Source of the DNA: Candidatus Eiseniibacteriota bacterium
Lineage (GTDB): Bacteria; Eisenbacteria; RBG-16-71-46; CAZEPH01
DNA length: 64,000 nucleotides
Reading direction: 5' to 3'
Assembly: GCA_044229145.1 (NCBI GenBank)
Contig: JBGATO010000004.1
Location: 1-64,000, forward strand
The number at the start of each line of letters is the position of its first letter. The stretch's first letter is position 1. The notes beneath the pieces were generated by a model. That model was not told where the DNA came from, ran no database searches, and saw only the letters and a program-made list of their open reading frames with translations. Positions 47,448-59,179 of this stretch are shown piece by piece. The translations under genes were made by a program, and so were the position numbers.

Positions 47448-50336
47448 TCACGTGCCATGGCTGTCGGGACAGATCGCCACGAACGCGCAGCGCCGGCACA
47501 CCATATCGGCGGGCGTCGGCGCGAAGGCGCGGGCCGAGAGTCCCGCCACGGTCCGCGCGATCTCGTCCTCCGCCTTCGCCAGGCGTTCGGGCACCGGCGC
47601 GGTTTCGCCACGCATGCCGTTGCCGAGCATGTGCAGGACGAGACGATCGGGTGCCGCGCCTTCTTGCGCGCGCCACGCCAACGCCCCGAGCGTCAGCCGG
47701 CGATGCTCGCGCGCCCGTCGCACCGCATCCTCGGTGCCACGTGCGTCGCCGGACGAATACTCGTGCAGTTCGACCGCGCCGGATGATGTCACGTCGACGC
47801 GCGTCCAGGAACCGAGGACGCGCACACCCCCGAGGCGCACTGCGAACTGCCTTCCCACCGATGCCGGATGTGACGGCGCGGTGGCCTCCGCGTCGAGAAA
47901 ACGATCCAGCGCCGCCTCGCCCTCGGCAAGTCGCAAGTCCTCGTGCTCGCGGGTCAGGAAGCCTTCGCTCGACCACGCGCCGCGCAGCACCGCGTGCACC
48001 TGCGCGCGGTCGAGCGTCGCTCCGGAGACCTGCGTCGCGAGATACGTCCGCACCGCCTCGCGCAGCGCGTGGCCATACACGACGGCATGATGCCGCATCA
48101 CCGGCACGCGCAACTCGTGCACGTAGCGATAGCGCTGCGGACACGTCAGGTAATCGTCGATCTGCGCCAGCGTCAGCGACTCCACCGGCGTCTCGCGCGC
48201 CGTCGCCACCGGCGCCACCGCCGGGCGCGCGTGCCGTGCCAGCGCGGTCTCCGGCGCCGTCGCGCGCGTCGTCACCTGCGGCGAACGATCCAGCGCCTCG
48301 AAAATGAACTGACTCGGTTTGCGCGCGCGCTTGCCGCCGTAGTCGTCGGCCGAACTCAGCACCAGCCATTCCTTGGCGCGCGTCATGGCGACGTAGAAGA
48401 GTCGCCGCTCCTCGGCGAGATGCGCCTCGGGCGCCGGCGCGCCAGCCCGGACAAGTTCCGGCGGCAACTCGAGCAAGTCGCGCCGCGCGCGCGCCGGGAA
48501 TCGCCCTTGGACGAGCCCAACCAAGCACACCACGACGAATTCGAGGCCCTTCGCGCGGTGCACCGTGAGCACATGCACGGCGTCGATGTCGCGATCCGCC
48601 TCGGCGACCGGCGGATCGTCGCCGGCGTCCATCAGCGCGCGCAGATGCTGGTCGAAGAACGGCACCCGGTCGACGCGGGCGAGGGCGCCGAAGCGTCGCA
48701 CGTGCTCGAAGAAGCGCGCGAGGTTCTGCACCGCCTCCTCGTCGCCGGGCCGCTCGCGGCGCACCAGGCGCGGCAGCCAGCCGCTGGCGGTGAGGAACTC
48801 GTAGAGCACTTCACCGGTGGGCCGCGTCGCCGCGCGCGCGCGCAGGCGGTCGAGATCGGCGAAGAGCCGCGCCGCGCCGGCATCGCCGGTGGCGCGCAAG
48901 GCGTCGGCGAACGGCCGGTGCGCGCGCTCGGCATCGGCGATCGTCTCGCCGAGCACCTCCGGCGAGATGCCGTACGGCTCGCCCGCCGCCAGCGCGTACA
49001 GGCTCTGTGCGTCGCGCGGATCGGCGATGCAGCGCACGAGGAACCGCAGCGTCGCGATCTCCGGCCGCGCGAAGAGCCCCTGGTTGCCGCTGAAGCGCCA
49101 CGGAATCTCGCGCATGTTGAGGGCGCGCAGGAACGGCTCGGCGTCGCGGTTGGCGCGCACCAAGATCGCCATGTCGCTCCACGGCACACCGTCGGCGTGG
49201 ACGGCAGCCAGGCGCTCGGCCACCGCGTCGGCTTCGTCCCACACGCTGGCGCTGTGCGTCCACGTGACGGCCGGCGTGAAGCGCGCCCGCAACGAATGCG
49301 CCGCCGCCCTCGCGGTCAGCCGCTTGTCGATGCCGCGCCGCGCTTCCAGCCGATCCGGATCGTTGTGCACGATTGCCCGGCGCGCGTGGTCGAGGATCTC
49401 CTGCCGCGAGCGGAAGTTGTCGGTGAGCACCAAGGTGCGCGCCGCCGGCCAGCGCTCGAGGAACGCCAAGATGTTGCGCGACTCGGCGCCGCGGAAGGTG
49501 TAGATCGCCTGGTCGTCGTCGGCGACGACGGTGACGTGTCCGCCCTCGCCGGCCAGCAGGTCGATGACCGCGAACTGCGCGTGGTTGGTGTCTTGGAATT
49601 CGTCGACCAAGATGTAGCGGAAGCGCGCGCGCAACTCATCGCGCACCGCGGCGTGCTCGCGCAGCAACCGCACCAGCAAGACGATCTGATCGCCGAAGTC
49701 GATCACGCCGCGCCGCGCGCACAGCGCCGCGTAGGCATCGTACAGGGCGGCGATTTCGCTCTGCTCGGCGGCGCGCGCGGCGAGCGCCTCGTCCTCCGGC
49801 GCCGCCGCGGCAGCCTCCCGCATCGCTGCCGCGGACGCCAGATACGCGGCCGGATCGACGTCTTCGTCCTTGGCGCGCGACAGCACGCCGGCCAGCGCAT
49901 CGAGGAAACGTGTCGGATCGCCGAGCGGCCGCAGCCGCGCGAACGGCAGCTCGAAGAGGTGCTCGCGCAACAACAGCACCTGTTCGCTGCGCGTCATCAC
50001 GCGGAAGTCGGGCGGCAGGCCGAGCCGCAATGCATGCTCGCGCAGGATGCGGTCGGCGAAGGCGTGGAAGGTGCTCACCCACACGTCGGCATAGCCGTAC
50101 GGCACCAACACGTCGATGCGCTCCGCCATTTCGGCGGCCGCCTTGTCGGTGAAGGTGAGGGCGAGGATCTCCTCGGGCCGCGCGCGTTTGGTGGCGATCA
50201 GCCACGCGATGCGCCGTGTGAGCACCGAGGTCTTGCCGGTGCCGGCGCCCGCCACCACGAGGAGCGCGCCGGCGTCGTGGGTGACCGCCTCGCGCTGGGC
50301 GTCGGTGAGTCCGGAGGTGAGAGCGTCGCGGTCCAC
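47448..50336 (-). CDS. UvrD/PcrA helicase fused to a PD-(D/E)XK-like C-terminal domain
   Basis: AGAGTGKT, LTFTDKAA.EM, VDEFQDTN, DDDQAIY.FRGA, TVHRAKGLEF, EERRLFYVAMTRA; Cys cluster TCP...CRRC.F...C. Confidence 0.92.
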   Translation of the reverse strand: MDRDALTSGLTDAQREAVTHDAGALLVVAGAGTGKTSVLTRRIAWLIATKRARPEEILALTFTDKAAAEMAERIDVLVPYGYADVWVSTFHAFADRILREHALRLGLPPDFRVMTRSEQVLLLREHLFELPFARLRPLGDPTRFLDALAGVLSRAKDEDVDPAAYLASAAAMREAAAAAPEDEALAARAAEQSEIAALYDAYAALCARRGVIDFGDQIVLLVRLLREHAAVRDELRARFRYILVDEFQDTNHAQFAVIDLLAGEGGHVTVVADDDQAIYTFRGAESRNILAFLERWPAARTLVLTDNFRSRQEILDHARRAIVHNDPDRLEARRGIDKRLTARAAAHSLRARFTPAVTWTHSASVWDEADAVAERLAAVHADGVPWSDMAILVRANRDAEPFLRALNMREIPWRFSGNQGLFARPEIATLRFLVRCIADPRDAQSLYALAAGEPYGISPEVLGETIADAERAHRPFADALRATGDAGAARLFADLDRLRARAATRPTGEVLYEFLTASGWLPRLVRRERPGDEEAVQNLARFFEHVRRFGALARVDRVPFFDQHLRALMDAGDDPPVAEADRDIDAVHVLTVHRAKGLEFVVVCLVGLVQGRFPARARRDLLELPPELVRAGAPAPEAHLAEERRLFYVAMTRAKEWLVLSSADDYGGKRARKPSQFIFEALDRSPQVTTRATAPETALARHARPAVAPVATARETPVESLTLAQIDDYLTCPQRYRYVHELRVPVMRHHAVVYGHALREAVRTYLATQVSGATLDRAQVHAVLRGAWSSEGFLTREHEDLRLAEGEAALDRFLDAEATAPSHPASVGRQFAVRLGGVRVLGSWTRVDVTSSGAVELHEYSSGDARGTEDAVRRAREHRRLTLGALAWRAQEGAAPDRLVLHMLGNGMRGETAPVPERLAKAEDEIARTVAGLSARAFAPTPADMVCRRCAFVAICPDSHGT

Positions 50337-50382
50337 GGGCGGGATGGCGTCGCGGCGGCGCCCGGAGTCAGGCGCCGTGGCG

Positions 50383-51132
50383 TCAGCTCACGACGTGGGT
50401 ATCGGTGAGACGCACGCCGGCCAACTCGGCGAAGCGCTGCGCCGCGTGCTGGGTGCGCGCCTCGGCCAGGCGCTCGGGCAACTCGCGTGGGATGTAGAGC
50501 ACGGCGAGCAGCCGCGTGGTCTCCGGCCGCACCATGGTGCGCGTACCGTCGCTGAGCGGCGAGCCGAACGGGCCGAGTTCGTCGGCGAGCGTGAGTACAC
50601 CGTCGACGTCGAGCACGCGCCGCCCGATTGCCTCGAGCGTTTCGCCGGCGCGGCCGAATCGCGCCACCGCGTCGCCGACCAGACGGAACGCGTCATAGAT
50701 GCCGATCGGCAGGAGCAACTCGAGCGAGGCGAGGTTGTTGACGTCGACCAGCGTCGAAATGCGCGGCAGGCCGTCGCCCTTCAGCACGCGCCGCAGCAAG
50801 GCCTCGGACGACGCGCGGTCGCGTGTCGGATCGACACCGCACTCGTGCAACATGCGGCGCACCAGCGCGACGTCCGCCACCTCGTGCAGAGCCTGCACCC
50901 GGTCGTAGGCGTCGCGCGCGTCCTGCTCCGCGGCGGCCATCGCCTCGTCCAGCGTCTGCACCTCCGGCGCGGCGTCGGGCGCCACCACCTCGACGGCGAC
51001 CGCCTCGTGCGCCGCGGCGACCCACGCGCTCGCCTCCCCGCTGGGAGCGGCGGGTGCGGGCGGCGTGTACTCGCCGAGGACGACGCCCAGGCGCACGGCA
51101 GTGCGAAGCTGTGGATGAACGATGAGCTGCAT
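50383..51132 (-). CDS. B3/B4 (PheT editing-like) domain protein
   Basis: GVDPTR.R.SSEALLRR..KG..LP.I..LVD.NN..SL, GPFGSP.SD..RT. Confidence 0.85.
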   Translation of the reverse strand: MQLIVHPQLRTAVRLGVVLGEYTPPAPAAPSGEASAWVAAAHEAVAVEVVAPDAAPEVQTLDEAMAAAEQDARDAYDRVQALHEVADVALVRRMLHECGVDPTRDRASSEALLRRVLKGDGLPRISTLVDVNNLASLELLLPIGIYDAFRLVGDAVARFGRAGETLEAIGRRVLDVDGVLTLADELGPFGSPLSDGTRTMVRPETTRLLAVLYIPRELPERLAEARTQHAAQRFAELAGVRLTDTHVVS

Positions 51133-51488
51133 GCGGATGGCGGTCTCGCGAGACGCAGACGGACGGCTGAGCCGGCCGAGTCAGACGCGGCCGAGGCCGC
51201 AGAGTAGCCAGTGCGTCACGCTCCTGCAAGCCCAGCCGGAGAGCGCGCTCAAGATTCTCCGGGCCGCCGTCGATGACACCCGCGGGGAGTCACATATCCG
51301 ACTTGCGTCTCCCTCCGTAGTCGTCTAGCGTACCGTTGGCCGGTCGCACACTGCCCCAGATCTGGGCCGGCACACGAACCCCGTCCTCGACACCGTCCGT
51401 TCAGCGCTCTCCCCACAGTGTCTGCCGTCTCATCTCACGACTCGCGTGCGTCTCGGTGCCGAACGCGCGTTCCGTAGGAGTCTCGTTC

Positions 51489-54329
51489 GTGACAACAAGG
51501 CAGTTGCGCGTCGCGAGTCCACTGCCCCTCGCGACGCTTCTCGTCCTCGTTCTGGGGTGCATGCCCGCGCTGGCGCTGGCCGGCAGCTGGCTGCCGTCGA
51601 CCACGCTGAGCCCAACCGCCGCGGTGTCGATCGCCGGCGGCGGCAGCTTGGCGGTGGCCGCCAATGGCAATGCCTATGCGGTGTGGTCCGACAACACCAG
51701 CGGCACCTACCAGATCCGCTTCGCCTGCGACACCACCGGCGTGTGGTCGCCTGCCACCACCCTCACCACCGCGACGTGGGCCCACGCGATGCAGCCCAGC
51801 ATCGCCGCGGATGCCAAGGGCCACGTGCACGTCACGTGGTGCGACGACCGCTACGGCAACTACGACATCTTCTACCGCGAGTGGACGCCGGCCGGCTGGA
51901 ACCCCGAAGTCCGGCTCACCACCGGCGTCAAGCGCTCGATCGCTCCGTCGATCGCCGCCGACACCAGCGCGGTGACGCTGGTGTGGTGCGACGACCGCGA
52001 CGGCAACACCGAGATCTACAGCAAGCGTCGCGTCGGCAGTACGTGGGGCAGCGACACCCGCCTGACCAATGACCCCTACGAATCGCTCTCGCCCAGCCTG
52101 GCGGAGGGCAGCGACCGCGTCGTCCACTTGGTGTGGACCGATCGCCGCGCCGGCTACTTCGCCACCTACGCGAGCGACTACACGAACGGTGTCTGGGGGC
52201 CGGCCACGGTGATCTCGTCGCGCAGCGTGACCACGTTCGAGCCGCACGTCGCGATCTCCGCCGACAACACGCAGCACGTGGTGTGGAGCGACACCCGCAG
52301 CGGCATGCCGCAGCTCTACTACCGGTCGCGCACCGCCGGCGTGTGGTCGCTGACGACTGCCGTGCAACTGTCCGCCAACGCGGTCGACCACGCCTCGCTG
52401 GCCGGCGGCCCGTCGAACACGGCAGCGCTCGCGTGGACGGAGAACTTGACCGACGGCACCTCCGGCGCCTACGTCAGCACGCGGCAGGGCACTGCCTGGA
52501 CGTCGCCGGTGACCTTGGCGAGCGGTCTCAATGGCGCGGTGCAAACCCTTCCCGCCATCGGCCTCTCCTCGCTTGGCGACCAGATCGCCGTGTGGTCGAA
52601 CGGCAACAGCGACTACTTGCTCGACATCACCACGACTCGGCAACCGGCCGCCGCGCCCACCATCACGAGCGTGGCCCCGGACAGCGCGATGACCGGCGCC
52701 AACGTGCACCTGGTGCTCACCGGCACCAACTTCTTGGCGCCCGATTCGTTGTGGATCCTGACTTCGAGCGGCGTCGCGATCCCCGCCAACGCGACGACCT
52801 CGGCGAACTTCTCGGAAATCGAGGCCGACTTCGGCCTGCAGGGCGCGGCACTCGGAGCCGCCGGCGTGATCGTCCGCACCGCCGACGGCCGCCGCGACAC
52901 GCTCGCCGCGTCGTTCACGGTGCTGCCGGCGGGCGGCTGGAGCTTCGACACACCGCTCACCACGCCGGGCATCAACAGCGTGCTGAACGCCGGGACGCGT
53001 TCCTTGGCGATCACCGACACCGGCAACCTCGACGCGCTGTGGATCGACGAGCGCTCGCTCTTGCCGCAGGTGTACGCGACGGAATCGGCCGGCGACGTGT
53101 TCGGGCCGAGCGTGCAGGTGTCGACGACGACGACGTTCGCGCAGTTCGCGACCGTGTGCGCCGCGTCCGGCAACCGCATCGAGGCGGTGTGGCGCGATGG
53201 CGGGATCGGCAAGACCGACCTATGGTGGCGCGAGCGCGCCGGCGGTGTGTGGGGCGCCGAGACCAAGATCACCAATTACACTACGTCGGCCTCCAGTTAC
53301 CCGTCGCTGGCCAGCGATCTCAACGGCGACGTGCACTTGGTGTGGCGCCTCGATCTCGTCGGGAACCCCGAGATCTACTACAAGAAGCTGCACGCCGGCG
53401 TGTGGTCCGCCGACACGCGGCTCACCAACGCCACCGGCGTCTCGACGCAGCCGGTGATCGCCTGCGGCCCCGGCAACAAGCTCTACGTGGCGTGGGCCGA
53501 CACCCGCAACGGCAACTACGAGATCTATTTCAAGTCGTTCGACGGCACCGTATGGTCGAGCGACCAGCGCTTGACCGTCAACACCGCGACCACGTCACGC
53601 CCCTCGATCGCCGCTGGCACCGACGGCACCGTGCACCTGGTCTGGCAGGATCTCGTCGACGGCAACCTCGAGATCTATTACGCGAGCTACAAGAACGGCA
53701 CCTGGGCGGCCACCCAGCGGCTGACCAACGACGGCGCGACCTCGGAGACCCCGAGCGTCGCGGTGGATGGTCTGGCGCAGGTGCACGTGGTGTGGGAAGA
53801 CCAGCGTGACGGCACCTCGCAGATCTACTACACGCTGGGCGCCGGCGGCGTGTGGTCTCCCGCGTCCCGTGTCAGCGCCGGTTCGGTCGGCTCGTTGGCG
53901 CCGTGCATCGCGGTGACCGGCGGCGGCACCGTGCACACTCTGTGGTCGGACATGCGGGTGACCTCGGCGAACAGCGTCTACTACGCGCAAAAGCGGGTCA
54001 TCCCGGTGGGTATCGACGATCCCTTCGACGCGTTGCCGGCGGCGCGCCTGCCGTTCGCCGCCGAGGTGTGGCCGAATCCGGTCCGCGACGTGGCGCAGGT
54101 CCGGCTGCGCACCCCGGAGGCCGGCGAGGTCACGCTCCGCCTCTACGACGCGCAAGGACGTCAGCGCGGCCCCGCGCTGCGTCAGCCGTGCGCGGCCGGC
54201 GAAACCCTTCTGCGCTGGACTCCGGGCGATGCCGCCCTTCCTCGCGGCCGCTACTTCCTGCGCGCCGACGCCGCCTGGCTGCGCGGCGGTCACGCCCGCA
54301 CCACCACCGCGCTCCTGTACATCCGCTAG
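51489..54329 (+). CDS. Secreted protein with two BNR-like beta-propellers, a central IPT/TIG domain and a T9SS/FlgD-like C-terminal domain
   Basis: Repeats PSIA.D..G.VH.VW.D.R.GN.EIYY; APTITSVAP..LTGTNF; WPNPVR..LYDAQGR..GRYFLR. SD AGGAG before GTG 51489. Confidence 0.8.
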   Translation: MTTRQLRVASPLPLATLLVLVLGCMPALALAGSWLPSTTLSPTAAVSIAGGGSLAVAANGNAYAVWSDNTSGTYQIRFACDTTGVWSPATTLTTATWAHAMQPSIAADAKGHVHVTWCDDRYGNYDIFYREWTPAGWNPEVRLTTGVKRSIAPSIAADTSAVTLVWCDDRDGNTEIYSKRRVGSTWGSDTRLTNDPYESLSPSLAEGSDRVVHLVWTDRRAGYFATYASDYTNGVWGPATVISSRSVTTFEPHVAISADNTQHVVWSDTRSGMPQLYYRSRTAGVWSLTTAVQLSANAVDHASLAGGPSNTAALAWTENLTDGTSGAYVSTRQGTAWTSPVTLASGLNGAVQTLPAIGLSSLGDQIAVWSNGNSDYLLDITTTRQPAAAPTITSVAPDSAMTGANVHLVLTGTNFLAPDSLWILTSSGVAIPANATTSANFSEIEADFGLQGAALGAAGVIVRTADGRRDTLAASFTVLPAGGWSFDTPLTTPGINSVLNAGTRSLAITDTGNLDALWIDERSLLPQVYATESAGDVFGPSVQVSTTTTFAQFATVCAASGNRIEAVWRDGGIGKTDLWWRERAGGVWGAETKITNYTTSASSYPSLASDLNGDVHLVWRLDLVGNPEIYYKKLHAGVWSADTRLTNATGVSTQPVIACGPGNKLYVAWADTRNGNYEIYFKSFDGTVWSSDQRLTVNTATTSRPSIAAGTDGTVHLVWQDLVDGNLEIYYASYKNGTWAATQRLTNDGATSETPSVAVDGLAQVHVVWEDQRDGTSQIYYTLGAGGVWSPASRVSAGSVGSLAPCIAVTGGGTVHTLWSDMRVTSANSVYYAQKRVIPVGIDDPFDALPAARLPFAAEVWPNPVRDVAQVRLRTPEAGEVTLRLYDAQGRQRGPALRQPCAAGETLLRWTPGDAALPRGRYFLRADAAWLRGGHARTTTALLYIR

Positions 54330-54420
54330 CTCAGCCACACCCGCGCGAGATGGCCCCACCGCCGTCTCGCGCGCCGCTTTTCCCCACCGGCGCCCGGGAC
54401 CATCGCCTAGACTTCGAGAC

Positions 54421-55332
54421 ATGCAGCCTTCGCCCACCGCACCGTCGACGATGCGCTTCACCGTGCTCGACCTCGAGTTCACCGGCCTGTCGCCGCTCGA
54501 GGGCGACCGCGTCATCGAGATCGCCGGCCTGCGTGTCGAGGCCGGCACAGTGGTCGAGGAATTCCACAGCCTGGTCGACCCCGGACGCGCGGTGCCGGCG
54601 GAGACCTTGGAGTTGACCCAAATCGCCGCGGCGGAGGTGGCCGCGGCGCCGGCCTTCCCGCTCATCGCCCCCGCCCTGCTCGCGTTCCTCGGCGACGCGC
54701 CGATCGTCACCCACAATCTCGCCTACGACATCGCCGCCTTGCAGTGGGAGATGGCGGCGGCCGGGTTGTCGCTCTTGCGTCACGACGGCATCGACACGCT
54801 CGAACTCGCCCGCCGCGTATTCCCCGGCGAACGTAACAACCTGCGGAGTTTGCGCGAGCGGCTCGGCATCGACGCCACGCCGACGCACCGCGCGATGGAC
54901 GACGCCCGCGTCACCGCCCACGCATTCGTTCGATTGGTGGCGATGCTCGAGGAGCGCGGCGAGGTCCGGCGCTACCGCGATCTGCGGCCGACCGCATGCG
55001 CCGGGCTCTCTTTGGTGCCGCCGCAGGCCGACACCGCCGAGCGTGCCGTCGTCCACACCGCGCTGGTCGATGCGGTCACCCGCCGCCGCGTGCTGACGAT
55101 TCGCTACGCCGCGCCCGGCAAGCCGCCGGTCGAACGCGTCGTCGAGCCGTTCTGTCTCATCGGGCCGTATCTGCGCGCGTACTGCCGGCACAAGGCGCAG
55201 GAGTTGAACTTCGTGGTGTCGCGCATCCGTGCCGCGGCGGAGACCGGCGAGGCGGTGACGCGGCTCCCCGAGCCGCCGCGCGGTCCTGCGGTATTTTCGC
55301 CCGCCTTCAAGCACGTGCGCCAGCCGGCGTAG
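54421..55332 (+). CDS. DEDDh 3'-5' exonuclease fused to a WYL domain
   Basis: VLDLEFTG, THNLAYD, HRAMDDA; C-terminal LTIRY..ERVVEP..YLRAYC..F.VSRI. Confidence 0.88.
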   Translation: MQPSPTAPSTMRFTVLDLEFTGLSPLEGDRVIEIAGLRVEAGTVVEEFHSLVDPGRAVPAETLELTQIAAAEVAAAPAFPLIAPALLAFLGDAPIVTHNLAYDIAALQWEMAAAGLSLLRHDGIDTLELARRVFPGERNNLRSLRERLGIDATPTHRAMDDARVTAHAFVRLVAMLEERGEVRRYRDLRPTACAGLSLVPPQADTAERAVVHTALVDAVTRRRVLTIRYAAPGKPPVERVVEPFCLIGPYLRAYCRHKAQELNFVVSRIRAAAETGEAVTRLPEPPRGPAVFSPAFKHVRQPA

Positions 55333-55335
55333 CGT

Positions 55336-56342
55336 TCAGCGGCGGTCGCGCCGTCCCGCCATGTCCACCGCCACCGCGGCGATCAGGATCGCGCCCTTCA
55401 AGATCGGCTGCCAAAACGCTTCGGTGTTCATCAGGCTCATGCCGTTGTCGAGCGACGCCATGACCAGCGCGCCGAGCAACGCGCCCCACACCGTCCCCTG
55501 CCCGCCCATGAGCGACGTGCCGCCGATCACCGCCGCGGCGATCGCGTCGAGTTCCATCATGCGGCCCGCGTCGCTGGTCGCCGCGCCGACGCGCGCGGTG
55601 AGCACGACGCCCGCCACACCGCACAACGCGCCCATCAGCGTGAAGACGCCGACGAGCCGCCGCTCGATCGGGACTCCGGAGTAGAACGCCGCGTCGCGGC
55701 TGCCGCCGATCGCGTAGAGGTGGCGCCCGAACGGTGTGCGCGTCGCCACCGTGTGGAGCAGCGCCGCGAGCACCAGCACCAGCAGCACCGGGAGCGGCAC
55801 GCCCTGATAGGCGTTCATCACCGCCGCGCCGCCGAGCGCCAGCAGCGCCGCGGCGATCCACGTCACGCGGCCCGCCGTCTCGCGCCACGCGCGCCAGGCA
55901 CAGGGCGGCGTGATCGACACGCCGCCGGTGAGTCCGAGGATGCTGCCCTGGTACAGCAGCATGCCGCCGAGCGTGACGATGAACGGCGGGATGCGCAGCC
56001 GCGCCACCAGCGTGCCGTGCAGCGCACCGCACGCCGCGCCCGCCGCGATCACGAGAGCGCAGCCGAGCGGGACCGGCCAGTCGCCGCGCACGATCGCCAG
56101 CGCCGACACCGCGCCCAGCACGCCGCTCAGCGCCCCGACGCTGAGATCGATCTGCCCGGCGACGATGACCAGCACCATGCCGGTGGCGAGGATCGACGTC
56201 ACCGCCATCTGCCGTGCCAGCAGCGAGAGGTTGCGCGGGCTGAGGAAGGTGCCCTGCGTGGTGAGACTGAACACCGCCCAGATCGCCAGCAGCGCGCCGA
56301 CCATGGTGAGGGAGCGCCAGGGCAGCGCGGCGCGCGTGCGGG

Positions 56343-56346
<4 letters not shown>
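55336..56346 (-). CDS. xylH: Sugar ABC permease, XylH-like (short)
   Basis: IDLSVG, IPPFIVTLGG, TPFGRHLYAIGG, ELDAIAAAVIGGTSL.GG.G. Confidence 0.8.
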
Positions 56347-57920
<1,574 letters not shown>

Positions 57921-57988
57921 CTGATCGCACCCGATTCCCTCTGAAAACGCCTGCCGTCACCTAACGCTGTTAGGAAAGAGTGCGTCGT

Positions 57989-59032
57989 TTACTTGGCCGG
58001 CGTGGATGCGTCCTTGTAGACCTCGGCCTGCGGATGGAAGCCGTCCTTCACCACGGTCGCCATCATGTTGTCCTTGTCCACCGCGATGGGTGCGATGAGG
58101 ATGCACGGCACGTTCTTGGCACCGTTGGCGATCGAGCCTGTGGTGTCCGCGATGGCCTGACCCATCGCCATGGCAAATGCCGTCTCCGCGCCCTTGCGCG
58201 CCAACGACGGAATCGGCTTGTACACCGTCATCGACTGCAACCCCGCGACGATGCGCTGGCACGCGCTCAACTCCGCGTCCTGTCCCGTCACCACCACGTG
58301 GCCGGCGAGCTTCTGCTCCGCCAGCGCCTGAATCGCGCCGCCCGCGAGGCCGTCGTTGCTCACGACCACCGCGTCCACCTTGTTGCCGGTGCGCGTGAGC
58401 GTGTTCTCCATGATCTTGAGCGCTTCGCTCGGCAGCCAGTCGTTCGCCCACTGATCCTCGACGATCTTCACATCGCCGCGATCGATCGCCGGCTGCAACA
58501 CTTTCATCTGGCCGTCGTGATAGAGGTGTGCATTGTTGTCGGTGGGTGCGCCGGCGATGAGCACATAGTTGCCCTTGGGAGCGTGCGCCAACGCGTACTC
58601 CGCCTGCATCTGCCCGACCCGCACATTGTCGAACGAGATGTAGAGATCGAGATCGCAGTCGTTGATGAGGCGGTCGTACGCAATCACCTTCACGCCGGCC
58701 TTGTGCGCCGAGTTGACGATGGTCGCCGCGCTCTTCGAGTTGTGCGGCGCCACGACGAGGACATCGACACCCTGCGTCAGCAAGTTCTCGCACTGCGAAT
58801 TCTGCAACGCGTCGTTGTTGTTCGCCGCCTGCACGAGCACCTTGGCGCCGAGCTCCTCCGCGTGCTTGACGAACTCGTCGCGATCGCGCTGCCAGCGCTC
58901 CTCGCGCAGCGTGTCGAGCGACAACCCGATGGTGATCTGCTTCGACTTCTTGGCGCAGCCGGCGGGCACGACGGTGAGCACGACGAGCGCGCCGAGGGCG
59001 CTCCACACCTTCCAACGAGCAGTGGCGAACAC
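57989..59032 (-). CDS. xylF: Xylose-type ABC substrate-binding lipoprotein
   Basis: Lipobox PAGC; LREERWQRDRD, AYDRLI, YISFDN..VG.MQA, PTDNNA, TGQDA, QSMTVYKPI. Confidence 0.85.
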   Translation of the reverse strand: MFATARWKVWSALGALVVLTVVPAGCAKKSKQITIGLSLDTLREERWQRDRDEFVKHAEELGAKVLVQAANNNDALQNSQCENLLTQGVDVLVVAPHNSKSAATIVNSAHKAGVKVIAYDRLINDCDLDLYISFDNVRVGQMQAEYALAHAPKGNYVLIAGAPTDNNAHLYHDGQMKVLQPAIDRGDVKIVEDQWANDWLPSEALKIMENTLTRTGNKVDAVVVSNDGLAGGAIQALAEQKLAGHVVVTGQDAELSACQRIVAGLQSMTVYKPIPSLARKGAETAFAMAMGQAIADTTGSIANGAKNVPCILIAPIAVDKDNMMATVVKDGFHPQAEVYKDASTPAK

Positions 59033-59082
59033 GGGAGTCTCCTTCGCGGGTCGGGCGCCGGATCAACGGCGCGGGCGGCCGC

Positions 59083-59150
59083 AGCCTAGCCACGCGGCAG
59101 CCGACGCGTCAATGCCGCGGATTGCCCGCGGCAAATGGTTTGGCTATGGT
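59083..59150. promoter_or_regulatory. Back-to-back promoters for xylF and GH92 with a central palindrome
   Basis: Minus strand TTGACG-18-TAGGCT; plus strand TTGCCC-17-TATGGT; TGCCGCGG-N5-CCGCGGCA at 59113-59133. Confidence 0.55.
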
Positions 59151-59179
59151 GAAGGCTCGTCCGCCCTGGGAGACTTCCG

